Shown here: positions 45,803 to 55,133 of the stretch, one piece after another
Layout: every line of letters begins with the position of its first letter
Position numbering within the stretch: the stretch's first letter is position 1
Assembly (NCBI GenBank): GCA_007134675.1
Contig: SLKJ01000012.1
Location: 6,513-70,512, forward strand
DNA length: 64,000 nucleotides
Reading direction: 5' to 3'
Source: Bacteroidales bacterium
Lineage (GTDB): Bacteria; Bacteroidota; Bacteroidia; Bacteroidales; PUMT01
Made by a program: the position numbers and the translations under genes
Notes under the pieces: generated by a model
Databases searched by the model: none
Seen by the model: the letters and a program-made list of their open reading frames with translations, nothing else
What the model was told of the DNA's origin: nothing

Positions 45803-45810
45803 TATTTTTG
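45803..45810 (+). promoter_or_regulatory. Candidate -7 promoter box TATTTTTG upstream of the envelope locus
   Basis: Exact TAnnTTTG match, 47 nt upstream of the ATG at 45857. No well-spaced -33 element was found. Confidence 0.3.
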
Positions 45811-45856
45811 CCAATCGGGGAAGCATTACTTGAGCCTGAAATATTTTCATTTGATC

Positions 45857-48631
45857 ATGGTTAAGAGGATTATCCTTATATCCCTTGTAATTATTGCTTT
45901 AGCTACTCTTGCAGGAGGCTATCTCCTGCTTCAGAGGAGCCTGATAACCGGAACAGATCCTTTCAATGCTGTTGCCGGTGATGCTGTTGTTATTGTACGG
46001 ACAAAAAACATTATCAGTTTCTTCTCTGCCCTCAAAAGCGGTAACGAGATGTGGAGCGACCTTGAGCAAGTGCTGGATGTCGATGGCATGTCAAAGGGTG
46101 TGGACTTTTTGGATTCTCTTCTTAAAGAAAACCAGAAGGCTTCCGAACTGGCTGATTGGAAGAGTCTTGTTTTTTCTGTCCATCCGTCCGGCAGGGACAG
46201 GTATGAAACGGTATATTACCTTGAGCTCACCTCTGCGAGAGAGAAAAGGATGGTCAGGGATCTGATGAGCGATCTTCTTTCCGGAGGGCCGCCTGTAAGT
46301 GAACGTGTCTATAACCGTACAAAAATTTATGATGCCTCTTTCAGGGCAGGAGGACGGGGTTATGATGTGTCATGGACTCTAAACAGGGGGGTATTTATTC
46401 TGAGTTATTCCGCCCTTCTGGTTGAAAATGCTGTTGACCAGCTTGATAACGGAGGCGGCTTGCATGAGGATGAGGCTTTTCAAAGAGTCCTGGCAACAAG
46501 CGGAGAAAATGTTGATGCAAATGTGTTTTTTAATCTAAAGGATTTTCCACAATTTATTTCCGCTTACTCCGGTGGTAAGAGTAAGAATCTGCTGGCCGGC
46601 TTTCCCGGTATGGGCGACTGGGCAGAGTTGGATCTCTATCTGCGGAATGATGCGATACTGCTGAATGGTTTCTCCTTGTCTGAGTCGTCAGATAATAATT
46701 ATCTTAACGTGTTCTCAGGACAATCGCCTGTCACCATTGGAGCCGAATCAGTCATACCTGGCTACTCATCCGGCTTTCTGGCTTTGGGACTGAGTGACCT
46801 GCCTCTTTTTTATGATAACCACCTTCGGTGGCTTGAGAGCATTGACAGAGCAGATGAATACAAAAAGATGAGAGAGGAGTTTATGGCTCTGACCGGATCG
46901 GTTCCCGATGAAGATTTTCATTCTTTTATGGAAGGTGAGGTAGCTCTTGTAAAGTCAGGATGGGAAAACCCTAATGAAAAAGGAGAGTTATTTCTGCTGA
47001 TGAAGACAAGGAGCCGGTCCCTTGCACTGGAAACCATGCTTGAGATGCTGAGGCACAATGCCCGGCTATCAGGTACTACCATCGACTCATACAGGGAGGT
47101 TTACCGGGTGGACAGGGAGACCCCGACAGATATCTACAGGTTCCCGTTCAGCAGGACGGGGGAGCTGCTGTTTGGAAAGATACTCGGTGCAGCAAATACC
47201 TCCTGGTTCACTTTCGTGGGAAATTATCTGGTATTCGGAGAATCAACAGAGGGATTGTCGGAATTTATTCATGCCAATGTTCTGAATCAGACTCTTAGCG
47301 CCGATACTCGCTTCAGAGATTTTTCAGAGTATCTGGTATCAAATAACAACTTCTGGTTATACTCCAATCTCGCACGCTCAGGCGGTCTGTTAACCACACT
47401 TGCCGATGGACAGATTTCTGAAAAAATAAAGGGAAACCCTGAATCACTGAGGAGGTTTCAGGCACTTTCGCTGCAGTTCGGATCGGGCAGAGAAATGTTG
47501 TATAATAATGTCTATCTCAAATATTCTCCGGATTTATTTGAAGAGCCGCAAACCGACTGGCAGACCCTGCTTGATACTGTTATAAATTTTAAGCCTGAGC
47601 TGCTGATAAATCATAATACAGGTGAGAACGAGATCTTTGTACAGGACCTTAACAATACCATCTACCTTATTAATAACGCAGGACGGATCCTCTGGAAAAA
47701 ACCCCTTCCGGGAAAGATTATGGGCAGCGTCTACCAGATCGACTATTACAGGAATAACAGGCTTCAGATGCTGTTCAACACCAGGGAACAGATATATTTA
47801 CTCGACCGCAATGGCAATGATGTGGGCAGGTACCCTTTACGGCTTCCCTCTCCTGCCACTAATGGCATATCTGTGTTTGACTATGATAACAACAAGGATT
47901 ACAGGATCTTTGTGGCATGTGAGGACAAGTCGGTTACAGTAAGGTCCAAAGAGGGCAATATCGTTACCGGTTGGACCTTTGAAGGTACCGAGCATAATGT
48001 CTACCATGAAATACAGCATTTCAGGAGCGGGGGTAGGGATTACATTGTATTTGCCGACAGGCACAGGTTGTATATACTTGACAGGAGGGGTAATATAAGG
48101 ACAAGGCCCGACAGGGTGTTTCCCGTTTCAACCCGCAACAATATGGTTTTTGAAGGAAGAACACCTTCAGCAGCCCCCAGGCTCGTGCTTACCGACACCT
48201 TGGGCAGCGTCTGGAATATTTATCTTGACGGCAAGACCGAATTGAGAAAACTGGGTGATTATTCCGCAAATCATTATTTTGATTTTCAGGATGTTAATGC
48301 AGACGGTTTCCGGGATTATATTTTTCTGGACAATAATCGCCTTGATGTATACGGGAGGGACGGAGCCCCTATGTTCAGCCGTGAATTTGTGGTCAACGTA
48401 GATCATGCCCCCGCTTATTATCATTTTTCCAGACATGACAGGAAATTAGGAGTGGTTTCGCAGAGTGCGGGACAGATCTTCCTGGTTAATTCAGATGGAG
48501 AAATATACCAGGGTTTCCCCCTTCATGGCAGGTCATACTTTACAATTGGGTTTCTGCATTCGGGCCGCGGAAATTTTCAATTAATTGTTGGCTCGGACGA
48601 CAACTTTTTATACACTTACTTTGTTTACTGA
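45857..48631 (+). CDS. N-terminally membrane-anchored large protein with C-terminal FG-GAP/beta-propeller-like repeats (function unknown)
   Basis: 924 aa from the ATG at 45857 (the ORF track starts at 45749). It has a single N-terminal TM (IILISLVIIALATLAGGYLLL). The C-terminal ~330 aa has repeated strand motifs and Ca-binding-like DxNxDGxxD (FQDVNADGFRDYIFLD; FDYDNNKDYRIFV). The stop lies 2 nt before the next gene. Confidence 0.6.
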   Translation: MVKRIILISLVIIALATLAGGYLLLQRSLITGTDPFNAVAGDAVVIVRTKNIISFFSALKSGNEMWSDLEQVLDVDGMSKGVDFLDSLLKENQKASELADWKSLVFSVHPSGRDRYETVYYLELTSAREKRMVRDLMSDLLSGGPPVSERVYNRTKIYDASFRAGGRGYDVSWTLNRGVFILSYSALLVENAVDQLDNGGGLHEDEAFQRVLATSGENVDANVFFNLKDFPQFISAYSGGKSKNLLAGFPGMGDWAELDLYLRNDAILLNGFSLSESSDNNYLNVFSGQSPVTIGAESVIPGYSSGFLALGLSDLPLFYDNHLRWLESIDRADEYKKMREEFMALTGSVPDEDFHSFMEGEVALVKSGWENPNEKGELFLLMKTRSRSLALETMLEMLRHNARLSGTTIDSYREVYRVDRETPTDIYRFPFSRTGELLFGKILGAANTSWFTFVGNYLVFGESTEGLSEFIHANVLNQTLSADTRFRDFSEYLVSNNNFWLYSNLARSGGLLTTLADGQISEKIKGNPESLRRFQALSLQFGSGREMLYNNVYLKYSPDLFEEPQTDWQTLLDTVINFKPELLINHNTGENEIFVQDLNNTIYLINNAGRILWKKPLPGKIMGSVYQIDYYRNNRLQMLFNTREQIYLLDRNGNDVGRYPLRLPSPATNGISVFDYDNNKDYRIFVACEDKSVTVRSKEGNIVTGWTFEGTEHNVYHEIQHFRSGGRDYIVFADRHRLYILDRRGNIRTRPDRVFPVSTRNNMVFEGRTPSAAPRLVLTDTLGSVWNIYLDGKTELRKLGDYSANHYFDFQDVNADGFRDYIFLDNNRLDVYGRDGAPMFSREFVVNVDHAPAYYHFSRHDRKLGVVSQSAGQIFLVNSDGEIYQGFPLHGRSYFTIGFLHSGRGNFQLIVGSDDNFLYTYFVY

Positions 48632-48633
48632 AA

Positions 48634-50709
48634 ATGAAAAAATATTATATTCTTTCCATGATGATGATACTGCTTCTGGCAGGATCATGCTTAAGAGATA
48701 ATTTTGATTTTGACATGTTGTCTGACAGAATCGGTTACCAGCCCTCCATTTTAATCCCGCTGGTAAACGGCAGCCTTACCCTGGACAACCTTATTGAGTC
48801 TTATGATACTAATTTTGTTTTTGATCCCGACAACTCAATACGACTGGTTATCAGGGAAGATACACTTCTTACTTTTTCAAATGAAAGTATCTTCAAAGTT
48901 CCCGTTCCTGAACAGATTTCCGGACAATTCCAGCTGGCTCCCCTGGGCCTTGATCCGATAAGCTCCTCTTCGGTTATAACCCTGGGAGATATTGTGGCAC
49001 CGGGCCGTATGAATGATCCGGAAGCTTCTTTGATCAATGGTTCAGCAGGTACGATGATTGTATTTCCTGCAGTTGCGAGGCATGCAATTGGAAGTTTCAC
49101 CTCGGCGTCGGTCGCGGATTTCGAATTTGCCCGGTTTACCGGTGGTGAAATAATAATGTCGGTGACCAACAATTTTCCCGTTGAGGTAAGTATGGATTTA
49201 CACCTTGTCAATGTTCCTGACGATTCACAGGTAGGGGTTTTTAATTTCGGTAATATCGGACCGCAACAGACTGTTTCACGTGCAGCCACGCTTTCGGGAA
49301 CTATGGTACATAGCGAAATGCGTTTTGAGATTGCGGGTTTCAGCTCTCCGGGAAGCGGCACTGAACAGGTACCCATAAACCTTGATGATGACCTGGAGAT
49401 AGAGATCACTTCAGAAAACCTTATGGCTGAAAAGGGAAAAGCCAGGGTGCCTCTTACAGTTATCAGTTCAGGCAGTGATTTTCTGGACATGAATTTTGCA
49501 GCTGATCAGAGAATAGATGAACTTAACCTTGAAAGCGGTAAAGTGCTTTACCGGGTTGATAACAGCAGGGGGGGACTGATTCTGAATGTTGAGATGTCGA
49601 ATGTTTTAGCTTCAGATAGCCCCTTTGAGTTTAAAATCCTTACCGATGGCTCAGGGGGAATGACCGAAGGGGAAACATACTTTTCAGATGCCGATATTGA
49701 CCTGTCTGTCCATCAGGGCAGGCTGAGGGTTAATTACTCTCTGATGACCGGATCAGATGTGGGGATGACAGATTTTGACCTGACCCCGGGAGTGCTTGAT
49801 TTCAATGTAGGTTTCAGCGATTTTAAACCCGGTTATGCAAGTGGTTATTTCGGTGCGAGGGAGGTTATAACCGGAAAACAAATCTTTATTGAGTACGATA
49901 TTTTTGACAGGATAACCGGTAACTTCCGGTTTGTCAACCCAACAATCCGGTTTTTATATGAGAACAGCCTTGGTGTGCCTTTCTACACTAATTTTAACCT
50001 TGAGGGTGCATCCTCCGGTGGCAGAGAGCAGGTTCGTCTGCCGGAAGAGGGTTCCCTGAGCATTGAGATTGGATCTGCTGAAGCGCCTTTTGACAATACT
50101 TCCGGTGAAATTCCTCTGGGCAGGGAGGCTGCAGGAGTGGTAGAATTTGTTTCACTCCCTCCTTCGATGTTCACGTTTGAATCCTCTACCCTTAGGAATC
50201 CTCAGGGAGATACCGGCACTCCCAATTTCATAACTTCAGGCAGCAGTTTGAACCTGAATATGGAAATTGATCTGCCGCTCGAGTTGCAGCTGGCGGACCT
50301 GGTACTGACCGATACGGTTGTGATTGATATTGATACTGAGAATATTGAGTTATTATTTCTCGATCTGGAGGCTGCAAACGGATTCCCGCTGGGCTTGTCG
50401 GTTGATCTCAGCCTTTATGACTCGGTCAGCAACATCGTACTCCATACTTTTGAAGATATCGTAAGTTTGAAAGCTGCACCCATTGAAGAAGACGGGTTTG
50501 TCGTTCCGGGAAAATCAACCACCTCCAGGGCCAGCGTTGAGATAATTGGAGCCACGATCGATCATCTCGGACAGGCAGGGTATATGATCATAACAGCGCG
50601 GATTGACACTGGCGAACATGACAGCCAGCAGGTGCCTGTCAGATTTCAGACAACCGATAGTTTTGATTTCAGAATGAAATTGAGGGCTAGATTAAACATA
50701 ATAAATTAA
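48634..50709 (+). CDS. Lipoprotein A1, first copy of a duplicated ~690-aa family of unknown function
   Basis: 691 aa with lipobox LLLAGSC. It is collinear with the 53010..55097 product over its full length; 44 of the first 75 mature residues are identical by hand alignment. I recognise no known motif. Confidence 0.7.
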   Translation: MKKYYILSMMMILLLAGSCLRDNFDFDMLSDRIGYQPSILIPLVNGSLTLDNLIESYDTNFVFDPDNSIRLVIREDTLLTFSNESIFKVPVPEQISGQFQLAPLGLDPISSSSVITLGDIVAPGRMNDPEASLINGSAGTMIVFPAVARHAIGSFTSASVADFEFARFTGGEIIMSVTNNFPVEVSMDLHLVNVPDDSQVGVFNFGNIGPQQTVSRAATLSGTMVHSEMRFEIAGFSSPGSGTEQVPINLDDDLEIEITSENLMAEKGKARVPLTVISSGSDFLDMNFAADQRIDELNLESGKVLYRVDNSRGGLILNVEMSNVLASDSPFEFKILTDGSGGMTEGETYFSDADIDLSVHQGRLRVNYSLMTGSDVGMTDFDLTPGVLDFNVGFSDFKPGYASGYFGAREVITGKQIFIEYDIFDRITGNFRFVNPTIRFLYENSLGVPFYTNFNLEGASSGGREQVRLPEEGSLSIEIGSAEAPFDNTSGEIPLGREAAGVVEFVSLPPSMFTFESSTLRNPQGDTGTPNFITSGSSLNLNMEIDLPLELQLADLVLTDTVVIDIDTENIELLFLDLEAANGFPLGLSVDLSLYDSVSNIVLHTFEDIVSLKAAPIEEDGFVVPGKSTTSRASVEIIGATIDHLGQAGYMIITARIDTGEHDSQQVPVRFQTTDSFDFRMKLRARLNIIN

Positions 50710-50743
50710 CCAGGCAAAATACCTGCAAATACCTCTCTGCACT

Positions 50744-52678
50744 ATGAATTTTACCCAGATTTACTCACGGACGTATGAAAGCCTTAAAATAACGGCCCGC
50801 CTGACCGGAAAGTTTTTTCTTCTGCTCTTAATTTATTCAGCTTTTATTTCCGGGTTGTATGCACAAAACAGCCAGACTCTGTACTTCATTGACCGCCTTC
50901 CACAGTCCTCGCTTATCAATCCTGCATTCCAGCATCACCACAACTACCATATCGGATTGCCGGGGATTTCCTCAATCAACGTGAATGCAAAAACAAATTT
51001 TGTCAGTTTCAGTGACATCTTTTTCAGACACCCGCAAAGCGACTCCCTTTTAACTTTTCTGCATCCCGATGCAGATATCGGAGAGTTTAAGTCCAAATTG
51101 TTAAATATGAACTCCCTGTCCCAGGATCTTGGCTTAAATATTCTGTCTTTTGGGTTCAGAGCTGGTAAATCCTTTTTCAGCTTCAATATCTCAGAACGTT
51201 CATCATTTAAGGCTGATCTGCCCAGAGATCTTTTTTTACTGGGACTGGAGGGGAATGAACAGTTTATGGGGGTTGAGGCCGTTTTATCCGATCTGGGTGC
51301 TGACCTCATCTATTTCAGAGAATATGCCGCAGGCTATTCCCGCCGGGTTAATGAGAGAATCAGCCTCGGTGGAAGGGCAAAACTCCTTTTCGGTAAAGCC
51401 GGACTGTTTCTTGCTGACACAGATATGAGCCTCTTTACCGATCCTGAAAGCTATAACACAAGAGTGCGCTCCAGGTTTAATATGAATCTCTCAATGCCGG
51501 TTACCCTGGTGAAAAACGATGATGGCGACATTGAGGAGGTAATATCAAATTTTGGTACAGAAGGATATGACCCGCTTGATTTTATCTTCAACAGTCGTAA
51601 TACAGGTTTTGCCCTGGATATCGGGGCAACCTACAGGATCATTGATCAGGCTACTGTTTATGCCAGTATTACAGATCTGGGATTTATAAACTGGAAAGAG
51701 GATGTCTATAACTTTTCGGTGGATGGTGATTTTGAATACGATGGGATTAATCTCTCTCCCCTTTTCAATGACGATGATTTTGATCCTGTGGATAATCTCC
51801 TGGATTCGATCAAGGGTATTTTCAGCCTGAACGACACCCGGAAATCCTTCAGCAGTGGACTGCCTGCCAGGGTCTATCTTGGCGGTAGCTATGATCTTAC
51901 TCCAGAGTTGAGTCTCGGATTGCTGAGCCGGTCGGAGATATACAATGGAAGACTTGATCAGGCATTCACCCTGTCGGCCAATTCCAATATCGGAAGATGG
52001 CTTTCGGCATCCCTCTCCTGGTCAATGATGAACAACAGCTACAATAATCTTGGAGTAGGACTGGTTTTGCGCGGCGGAGGATTCCAGCTATATGCAATCT
52101 CTGATAATCTCAATACGGTATTTTACCCTCACAGAACAAGAAGCGCCAATTTATGGGTTGGTCTTAATCTGGTATTCGGTCATACACGTCCGAAAGAGAC
52201 AGTTGCAGATCAACCTTTTGCTGTCATACCGGAACCTCCTGTTCCTGAAGATCCCCCTGAAGAGCAAAAGCCTGAGCCGGAACCTGATCCGGAACCGGAA
52301 GTTATTGAGGAGCCTGAAGAGCCGGAACCTGATCCGGAACCGGAAGTTATTGAGGAGCCTGAAGAGCCGGAACCTGATCCGGAACCGGAGTTTGTTGAAG
52401 AGCCTGAAGAGCCGGAACCTCTTCCCGAAATTGTTCCGGATCCTGTTGAGCCCTCTACTGGTTATTATATTGTAGTCGCCAGTTTCCAGACAATGAAACG
52501 TGCATCGCAGCACGTCGGGGAATTAGGGGAAAAAGGTTACGAGGCCGATGTGCTCTATTCGGGGCCATACAGGTACAGGGTCTATACACATTTTTTCGAC
52601 AATCGCAGCCAGGCATTGCAGATGCTTGAGGAAATGCGGTCGCTCGGTTTTCCCGATGCCTGGCTCCTGAGGCAATAA
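50744..52678 (+). CDS. Predicted OM beta-barrel protein B1 (PorP/SprF-like N-terminal motif) with EP-rich linker and C-terminal SPOR domain
   Basis: 644 aa. The signal peptide ends ..GLYAQ, followed by LYFIDRLPQSSLINPA. Amphipathic strand patterning continues to ..NLWVGLNLVFGH. Then come (EPEPDPEPEVIEEPE)n and a SPOR-like ~70-aa tail (GYYIVVASFQTMKRASQHVGELGEKGYEADVLYSGPYRYRVYTHFFDNRSQALQMLEEMRSLGFPDAWLL). Confidence 0.7.
   Translation: MNFTQIYSRTYESLKITARLTGKFFLLLLIYSAFISGLYAQNSQTLYFIDRLPQSSLINPAFQHHHNYHIGLPGISSINVNAKTNFVSFSDIFFRHPQSDSLLTFLHPDADIGEFKSKLLNMNSLSQDLGLNILSFGFRAGKSFFSFNISERSSFKADLPRDLFLLGLEGNEQFMGVEAVLSDLGADLIYFREYAAGYSRRVNERISLGGRAKLLFGKAGLFLADTDMSLFTDPESYNTRVRSRFNMNLSMPVTLVKNDDGDIEEVISNFGTEGYDPLDFIFNSRNTGFALDIGATYRIIDQATVYASITDLGFINWKEDVYNFSVDGDFEYDGINLSPLFNDDDFDPVDNLLDSIKGIFSLNDTRKSFSSGLPARVYLGGSYDLTPELSLGLLSRSEIYNGRLDQAFTLSANSNIGRWLSASLSWSMMNNSYNNLGVGLVLRGGGFQLYAISDNLNTVFYPHRTRSANLWVGLNLVFGHTRPKETVADQPFAVIPEPPVPEDPPEEQKPEPEPDPEPEVIEEPEEPEPDPEPEVIEEPEEPEPDPEPEFVEEPEEPEPLPEIVPDPVEPSTGYYIVVASFQTMKRASQHVGELGEKGYEADVLYSGPYRYRVYTHFFDNRSQALQMLEEMRSLGFPDAWLLRQ
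52274..52453 (+). repeat. 45-bp in-frame tandem repeat (3 near-perfect units + 1 decayed) encoding EPEPDPEPEVIEEPE
   Basis: Read directly. Units start at 52274, 52319, 52364 and 52409. The alternative-frame ORFs 52092..52475(+) and 52151..52513(-) are repeat artefacts. Confidence 0.9.
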
Positions 52679-52905
52679 TAACACCAGATACAGCTGGCTT
52701 TATTTTAACCCAAAACCCTCCTGTTTTGGGATAGGAATATACTGCAGATCCGGCAACCGGCTATTTATCAGGTTATTCTTGCTCCTGCCCGGCAGATGCT
52801 GGTTTACTGCAGGCATTAAGCAACAAGACCGGAAAATTTATCTAAGGTTACCGACCGAAATGATAACTTTATTAAAATAAACACGTATACTTATTTTAAA
52901 TTGCG

Positions 52906-52936
52906 CTTGAAATCCATGGCTGCATCGGTAAATTTG
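52906..52936 (+). promoter_or_regulatory. Candidate Bacteroidota promoter (cTTG-N19-TAAATTTG) upstream of the second lipoprotein/barrel pair
   Basis: TAAATTTG at 52929-52936 matches TAnnTTTG. A TTG ending at 52909 gives the 19-nt spacing expected for the -33/-7 arrangement. The candidate lies 74 nt upstream of the ATG at 53010. Confidence 0.4.
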
Positions 52937-53009
52937 GTTAATAACCAGCTCGTTGTCAGGGGTTTCTTGTTTTGCGGATATCCAGATTAATAAATATAAA
53001 ATATGGTGT

Positions 53010-55097
53010 ATGAAAAAATTTCCGTTTATTTATTCATTTTTAATTCTTCTGTTGCTCGGATCCTGTATCAAGGATAATTTTGATACTGAAAGGTTGTCTG
53101 ACAGGATCAGTTACCGCCCCTCTTTTGTAATTCCTCTGGCCAAGGGCAGCCTGACACTGGGCAACCTTCTGGAGCCGGATGATTCGCTTATCTTTTTTGA
53201 TGCTGATAATTCAATAAGGTTAGTGATCAGGGAGGATTCAATTTTTTCAGTTTCGTTTGAGGACGTTCTTAAGATACCACTCCCTGAATCTGCTTCCAGG
53301 CAGTTTCCGGTAACGCCTGTTCCCCTGGATCCATTCAATTCGACTTCAGTTATCAACCTCGAAGATCTTGTTGAACCCGGCCGGATAGGAGATCCGGAAG
53401 CGTCCACAATTCATGGCTCAGCCGGGAGCACTATCCACTTTCCATCCGTTCCCGAACAAAGCATTGGTAGTTTCCCTGCCGATCCTCTTGTAGATATTGA
53501 TTTTGCCCGGTTCACCCAGGGCGAGGTAGAGATGACGGTTACAAACAATCTTCCTGTTGGGGTTAGTATGGATATTATCCTGTTTAATGATCCTGAGGGG
53601 GAGCAGGTCGGGATTTTTACTTTTGAGAATCTGGGACCCGGACAAACGGACTCACGTTCGGCGTCGCTTTCAGGAATTACAGTTCGCCAGAATATGAGCC
53701 TCGAGATTGTGAGGTTTAGCTCTCCGGGTAGTGGTGGTGAACAGGTGTTCATAGATCTGGCCGATGATCTTGAAATAGAGATCTCTTCAAACGGCCTTCT
53801 GGCTGAAACAGGCAATGCAAAGCTGCCTCTTTTTGATATAGATGCGGGCAGCGATTTACTCAGAATGGACTTTCCCGCGAATCAGCGGATAGATGAGCTG
53901 AACCTTGAAAGCGGAACGGTACATTATGGGGTAGACAACAATGTTGGGGGAATTATGCTGAAGGTTGAGATGGCTAATGTAACAAGTTCCGGTGATTCAT
54001 ATGAGTTTAATCTCAGTCCCGATGGTACAGGAGGGATGTATGCAGGAGAAGAATCTCTTTCGGATGTCGAGATTGACCTTGCTGCTCATGACAGCAGACT
54101 GATGGTGAACTACTCCCTGGTAATCGGATCGGATGAGGGGATGACATATTTTGACTTTACACCGGGAATGCTTTCGCTCAATTTGGATTTCAGCGGTTTT
54201 ACCACCGGCTATGCCAGTGGCTATTTCGGGTATGAGGAGTTTGATCTTGAAGATGAGGATATGAATATAGAAATTGATATCTTCGAAAATATAACCGGCG
54301 ATTTCAGGTTAACCAACCCCTCGGTCCGCATTTTCTATGAGAACAGCCTTGGTGTACCGTTCCACTTAGAATTTAATCTTGAGGGTGAGTCTTCCGGAGG
54401 CGAAAATAAGGTTACGCTGCTTGAACCGGATCACCCGGGATTTAATATTGAGTATCCGACAGAGCCTTTCAATATAGCTTCCGGAGATATACTTATAGAC
54501 AGGGAAACTTCAGAGATAGTTGAATTTATTGCTCTTCCTCCTGCAAAGATCCAGTTTGATGCCATTACTAGCCAGAATCCGCTTGGTGATACCGGCACCC
54601 TTAATTTTATAACTTCACAAAGCCACATGCATGTGGGTCTGGAGATAGAACTGCCGCTTGAAATGCAGTTAACTAATCTGGGACTAACCGATACTATTGA
54701 GATTGATATGGATCCTGAAGATATTGATATTATCGAGATGCTGATATTGAATCTTGAGGTAACAAACCGTTTTCCGCTTGGCATATCACTTGACCTCAGC
54801 CTGTATGACTCGGTTCAGAATGTCGTACTGCATGCCTTTGATAACATTGTCCTTCTGGATGCTGTTCCTGTTGATGAGAACGGGATTGCTGTTTCGGGAA
54901 ATGAAACTGATTCTTCCGCAAGTATTGAGATCAGCGGAAGCACTATAGATCATCTCCGGCAGGCTACCCATATAATTTTGTCTGGCAGCATGAATACCGG
55001 AAGGCATGGTAATGAGCAGGTACCTGTAAAATTTCTGACAACCAGTGGTCTTGATTTTAAAATCAGGCTCAAGGCAGATCTTAATATTGAAAATTAA
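53010..55097 (+). CDS. Lipoprotein A2, second copy of the duplicated lipoprotein family
   Basis: 695 aa from the ATG at 53010 (the ORF track starts at 52953), with lipobox LLLLGSC. It is a full-length paralogue of 48634..50709. Confidence 0.7.
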   Translation: MKKFPFIYSFLILLLLGSCIKDNFDTERLSDRISYRPSFVIPLAKGSLTLGNLLEPDDSLIFFDADNSIRLVIREDSIFSVSFEDVLKIPLPESASRQFPVTPVPLDPFNSTSVINLEDLVEPGRIGDPEASTIHGSAGSTIHFPSVPEQSIGSFPADPLVDIDFARFTQGEVEMTVTNNLPVGVSMDIILFNDPEGEQVGIFTFENLGPGQTDSRSASLSGITVRQNMSLEIVRFSSPGSGGEQVFIDLADDLEIEISSNGLLAETGNAKLPLFDIDAGSDLLRMDFPANQRIDELNLESGTVHYGVDNNVGGIMLKVEMANVTSSGDSYEFNLSPDGTGGMYAGEESLSDVEIDLAAHDSRLMVNYSLVIGSDEGMTYFDFTPGMLSLNLDFSGFTTGYASGYFGYEEFDLEDEDMNIEIDIFENITGDFRLTNPSVRIFYENSLGVPFHLEFNLEGESSGGENKVTLLEPDHPGFNIEYPTEPFNIASGDILIDRETSEIVEFIALPPAKIQFDAITSQNPLGDTGTLNFITSQSHMHVGLEIELPLEMQLTNLGLTDTIEIDMDPEDIDIIEMLILNLEVTNRFPLGISLDLSLYDSVQNVVLHAFDNIVLLDAVPVDENGIAVSGNETDSSASIEISGSTIDHLRQATHIILSGSMNTGRHGNEQVPVKFLTTSGLDFKIRLKADLNIEN

Positions 55098-55133
55098 GCA
55101 AATCAGTTTGTGCATCAAAATAAATCTATACCA

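Noticed and set aside
52092-52513. ORFs 52092..52475(+) and 52151..52513(-) with RNRK/LKSRN-type repetitive translations
   Set aside because: They are off-frame or antisense readings of the 45-bp Glu-Pro repeat. The in-frame reading continues a well-supported gene into a SPOR domain.
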